Assembly (NCBI RefSeq): GCF_009914755.1
Contig: NC_060934.1
Length of the DNA: 64,000 nt
Direction: 5' to 3' (one strand)
Source: the human T2T-CHM13v2.0 reference genome, Homo sapiens
The position numbers and the translations under genes were made by a program. How positions within the stretch are numbered: position 1 is the stretch's first letter; each line of letters begins with the position of its first letter. Below the pieces are notes generated by a model. The model was not told where the DNA came from. It made no database searches and saw nothing but the letters and a program-made list of their open reading frames with translations. This document shows, piece after piece, positions 58,060 through 64,000 of this stretch.

Positions 58060-60660
58060 GGTCGATTAAAAATGGAAAGATACTGAATACGATGTGGTAT
58101 CCTGTACTGACTCCTGGAACAGAAAAAAACATTAGCGAAAAAAACAGTGAAATCTGAATAAAGTCTGGAGTTAACAGCAATATACTAATGTTGGTTTCTT
58201 AGTTTTGACAAATGTACTCTGTTATTTTAGATGTTGACGATAGGGGAGCCTGGGTGAAGGGATACGGGGGACCTCTCAGTACTGACTTTGCAACTTTTAT
58301 GTAAATCTAGAATTATTCCAAAACTTAAAAGGGGGAAAAATAGTAGTTATCCTGTGGTTCCTGATTATCCAGGCAATTCAAATCAAGATTTGCACCAAGT
58401 ATTATTTATTGCAGGCAGAATAGACACATGGAGTAGCATTTTCCAATTCTACATCTATGCATTAGGACTAACAAATTTATTTAAAAGTGCGACCAAATGC
58501 ACTGTCCTTATATATTTTCTTAATGAATGCCAAGGATGGAACTACTATTCAGTATAAAAATGGCTGACAATATAAAATGGTCTCAAAAGCTAAGTGGGCA
58601 AAAGTGTATATAATATAATATGTAATATAATAAAAGTATATGTAATACAACATTTATCCAGGAAGTTGTGATATAAATATATGTGTGTGGGTATAACATT
58701 ATACATGTACTGTTAATACATTGATTTTAAATGAAAAGATAAACCATACATATTTTTAAAAATTATCTCATATAAGGGGATGAAGAGATATGACAGAGAG
58801 AAAAAGGAACAGGTCAAATACCTCAAAATATGCTTCGGTTTGTAGATTTGATTTTGAAACCACATAAATATTTTTACATAATTATGAAACAAATTGAAAT
58901 ATTAAAAAAATCAGTTCCTAAACATCAAAACCAAAATGGAATAAACATAACTATTGATTTGTGGCATGTCCACAAAGAAAGAGACAATTTCATGTGACTT
59001 AAAAACATTAATTTCATTGTACATCCTTAGTGAGACATGCCCTAAAAACAAAAAGAACATAAAAAAGAAAAAACAACTTCAATGGTTTTTAACAATCCTA
59101 TTATTGGCTATAGGGTTAGAGTCATTCTTCTGGGTTTTAAGGTTGATGAGATCAAGTAAAATACCCCTTAAACTCTAATTGAAAGTATTCGTATAAACTC
59201 AGGACATATTTTGTTTTAGAAAAATAAAACCTATTTTCTAGCTTTGTGCACTGAAAGGGTCTGGAAACAATGACCAACCCATTAATAATGGTGCTTTTAG
59301 TGCCTAGATTGTGATCTCTCTGCCATTTCCCCTTAAATGCAACCAGGGCTCCTTGGAAATATGACTGATTCCGGGTCTCGGGCAGGAAATATATAAGGTG
59401 AGCTATAATATCTTGTCATGTCCAAAGAAAGGAAGCTGTCAAAGATCACTAGAGTCATGTCAAAAGGACACGTGAGCTAACCTAAGTTCCCATTAGTCAA
59501 AGATGGGACAATTTGAACAGAAACAATAACTTAATGTATTGAAACATGCCAAATATGTTTGTATTCATGAGTTCATTAGGATAAGTCAAAAAACAGGCAA
59601 ACAAACCAAATGTCTCTTTGATTGCTCAGGAAGCTGGAGAACCAAGCCATTATTTTGAAAATGGGTTAATAAAAAGAAAGATTCAAACATTTATCCTGAC
59701 TTTTCTGTATCAACTCTATCTGAGAGTATTCAAATAGTTGATGAGAGAAAGTCTCTTTTTGTTGAATTAAGCCAGGTAATATGTGAAGAAGGAACGGTAG
59801 ATTTAGGAATTACCATACTGTAACCTCTGCTGAAATAAAAGATCTAGGGATGATCATTGCTGGCTACTTACTGGCCAGAGGTGAAGCCTCGTGATGAAAG
59901 TATACAACCCTACATACGGATCTAGCCAAGGTGACTTAAAAATATGTAAGGAGCAGAAAAGCACGTTCAAAGACACCCCGGGAGTGCAACTAGCTAAATC
60001 TGCACTGTGGGAAATGAGTGGCGCTATTCCACTTGGGTCTATAGACCAGCATCAGCATCATTTGGGAGCTTGTTAAAAATGCAGATTCTCAGGCCCTGGC
60101 CTGGACCTACTGAATCAGACTCTCTGGGGTTGGGCCCCAGGAACCTGCATTTTAACACACTTACCAGGGGGTTCTTTTCTATGCTAAAGTGTGTGAAGCA
60201 TTGATGTACAGCACAAGCAACCTGGTTTAACAATGAACTGCAAGAAAACTCAGAAGGGGGATCTATGGATTCAAAAGGAATTTTGAAAAATAGCAGCAGC
60301 ATGCAGTATTTGAACAACCTGTAAACATGTTTTACAAGAGAAATGGAGAAATATGAATATCAACTTGATATTTACCATTAAGAAGCTATTGTTAATTTTT
60401 TAAAGATATGATAGTTATCTTGTGGTTATGTTTTAAAAGAGACCTAACCATACGCACTTAAATATTTGTGCATGTAATGATGTCATATTTGAGATTTGTT
60501 TCTAAATAATTCTAGGGTAGGAGATGGGGAAATAGGTGGGGATATAACTGAAATAAGATTAGACATGGCTTCATAATTATTGGGATTCGGGCACATGAGA
60601 GTTGACCATACTACTCTCTCTCTTTAATGTTTTCAATCTTTCCATAAGATGGTTTCTTTA
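58060..60660 (+). mobile_element. Old L1MC/MD 3'-end fragments with a MER5A insert (~60020-60205)
   Basis: L1M 3'UTR motifs (ggggagcctgggtgaagggatacgggg...tgtaaatctagaattattcc). MER5A cagcatcagcatcatttgggagcttgttaaaaatgcagattctcagg. Confidence 0.6.
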
Positions 60661-61229
60661 AGAAAGACCAATTCAGAAAAATAGTATATCAATTATAACA
60701 AAATGTTAACAACTGTTCAATTGGATTGATGGTTTATTAGAGTCATATTCAATGTTCTCCCTGCTTTTCTATATGCTTAAAAATGATGTTCATAATTATA
60801 AATTTTTTAAAGTTTCATTGGAAAAAATTTGAAATAGGTTCTCATGCCTAAAATGTGAATGTCACTGTAGAAAACACGGACATATTTGCTTTGACCACTA
60901 TTGATCCAATTTTTATGTGCAGAGATGCTATATTAGATGATTCCAGGTGTTTATAGCTTAAGCCTTATTATCACCAATTAAAAAACTCAGGAAGTGAAGT
61001 CTCAGAGGCATTTCCCAGGGTCACAGTGCCATGAGTGGGGTCAATCCATGTCAGTCTCTGTCTAGGTTTGTGCTCTTTCTACCCTTCCCCACGAGGACAT
61101 TTAAGAATAAAACGTTTTTATCTAGAAGATTATTCATAATTCCTGCGAAGTTGGAGATCCTTTAGGTGTCCTAGAGTATTAAGTAATGGCATTCTGTTTG
61201 TGTATTTGTTAGCTGCTTTTTGACTCTTA

Positions 61230-61880
61230 AAAATTGTATTATCACATACATACAGTAAGGTACATGCATATTAAGTATATGGCTTCATGAGTTTTGCTCA
61301 TATTTGCAATGCTTGTACTGCAACCCAGATCAAGATATACAACACTCCAGCACCTCCACTCCTTGTGTCCCTTGTCAAAACCATCTCCCCATAGCTATCA
61401 ACTACACTAATTTCCATCATCACAGACAAGCTGACCTCATAGTGGGTAGTTCCTTGTGTCTGGCTTCCTTCACTAATCTTTATGTCTGTGAGATTCATGC
61501 ATGTTATTGCATGTGGCGGTAGTTTATTCTTTTTCATTGCTGCATATTCCATTGTATGAATATACCTGAATTTATTTATTTATCCTACTATTTGATAGAG
61601 ATTTGGGTTGCTTCTGATTTTTAACTATTATGAATAAACCTGCAATGAACATTCTGATAAATGTCTTCTATAGACATATGCACACATTTATCTTCGGTGT
61701 AAACCCAGGAGCGGGATTGCTGGGTCATGGGATCAGCATATATTTACTTTCAGTGAGTGACTGCCAAAGAGTCTCCAACACAATTATACCAACTGTCACT
61801 CCCACTGGAACAATGTGGAAGCCCCAGTTTCTTCATATTCACAGGGATACTGGGGTTGCCACTATTTCAGCCATTCTGGA
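61230..61880 (-). mobile_element. L1ME-type 3' fragment
   Basis: Antisense ORF2 C-terminus (MEYAAMKKNKL... in the ORF track) plus 3'UTR. Confidence 0.7.
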
Positions 61881-63097
61881 ATCGCCCTGTCTTGGAAACC
61901 TCCTCGGAGATGTCCTGTGTCCTTCTGCAGAATTAATTCTGCCTCCTCTGGCTCTCACAGCAGTTTCTCCATGTCTCTGCTACAGCTCTTATCACCCCTA
62001 GCAGAATCATTTGTTTCCTGTTTGTGTCTCTTCATTAGGATCTAAATTCCCCCAGGCCAGACGCAGTGTCTTACTTTTTTGATTCCGGTGTTTATTCACA
62101 GGGCCTGGCTTAAGCAATATTTGAATGACTGGAGCAATTAACTGATCAATCAATATTCTTAAAAGCTTAAAACCTACTTACTTACCAGGTAGGACCTGGT
62201 ATTACTAAACACTTAAATTCTTTGGATCGTGTGAACCTATTTCCATAGCTGTAACACATAGGGATAATTTATTTTGCCTGAAATTCAGAGAACTCTCTGG
62301 GACTGGGAAATATTTTCCATCTCCAAGGCTTCACTCGCACGGGGCCTGGAGGTGCAAAGGAGCAGGACTCAGCAGCCAGGAGGAAGCCGCTGTGATTGGC
62401 ACTTAGCTTAGATCGCACAAATCTGCTTTGAAAAGTCCACCTCTCCCTCTCGGCCACCATATTGCCGTGATCACAGAAAACAGCATTTACAAACTCTGTG
62501 TTTTTCATACTTGCCAAGACCAGCAATCTTCTCTGTGTGGAGGCTTGATGGGATGCAAATGGGCCTGCCTGGCCCTGGCCCTCGCTCTGCCTCCAGTAAC
62601 TCTTAGCACCGACCTCAAGGTCCAAGTGCACGCCAGAGAGGCGCATGATCACGGAGATGCTACTTTAAATTTCTCTAATAGACACATCCACAGTAACGGT
62701 TGACATTTGTGTAATGGTGGATTGAGAATTCACCGGTAGGTTAAAATAACCTGAGTGCCTGTGGAGATAATTGTAACCACCAGCAATTAAACTGAAAAGC
62801 CCGTCTTTCAGACAAATATTTGGCTTTCATTGAACTTCCGCAAAATGATTTCAACCAGCGGACTGACATCTGCAACTCTGGTTGTGAATGACTTATGAGC
62901 TTTTCTATATGCAGAGGGTGCTGCAGGATGAAAAGAAAGAATAAGAGATTGGGTGTTATAAAAGTGGAGCTATGAGAAAGCGATGGAAGAAATTGGGACA
63001 AATGTAAGTCTAGTTTCACCAGGGTTTCTTCAAGTCACACCAGCAGCCTGGGGGTGAGAATGAGACTGCATTTTGCTGCCTTTATCTGACTCTTTCC

Positions 63098-63720
<623 letters not shown>

Positions 63721-64000
63721 ACTTTCCTGCATTTTCTATACCAGTCCTGTGCCCACATGAAGGCACAAGACTCAGTCATTTACTTCCTGGTTGCCTCTAG
63801 GACAGTCACATGTGTGCTTTTGTGCAAATGCCCTTAACCTCCCCCTTCCCCGACCCCCAGCTAACAGAGCCCTCAGCCCCATCTTCCTAAAGCTGTGCAC
63901 CGGAAACCCTGGAAGGGCCAGATGGCCAGGGCTGGACACTGATGTCAAACTGTGATACGTGACCCCAATCAGACTGCCTTGTTTCCACATGTCTCCTTGG

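Noticed and set aside
62269-62703. 127-aa and 91-aa ORFs as a possible neighbouring gene exon
   Set aside because: No similarity to any protein I recognise and no convincing splice boundaries.

Overview
Primate (human-type) genomic DNA holding the 5' end of ADAM12 (meltrin-alpha) on the minus strand. Coding exon 1 (ATG at 46650, donor after 46563) translates to the ADAM12 signal peptide MAARPLPVSPARALLLALAGALLAPCEAR|G. It is too short to appear in the ORF track. It lies in a CpG island (~45.5-47.45 kb) together with the known Z-DNA-forming (CG/TG)n silencer in the 5'UTR. Bases 1-46562 are intron 1 (exon 2 is not in the window) and ~47-64 kb is upstream intergenic DNA. Most of the rest is transposon debris: a 4.5-kb L1PA with a 19-bp TSD, a nested L1/THE1/Alu stack at 13.5-26.5 kb, six THE1 LTRs (two belonging to one full-length element), MLT1/MLT2A/MER21 LTRs, Alus, MER53, MER81, MER5, Tigger3, L2/MIR/L3. 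I find no convincing new protein-coding system. The best leads are regulatory: a strong-Kozak overlapping uORF, sense-oriented intronic THE1 LTRs that keep a DUX4-type motif and a splice donor, an E-box cluster, a 181-bp local duplication and a templated-insertion scar. Repeat subfamily names come from recalled consensus sequences, and boundaries without TSDs are approximate.
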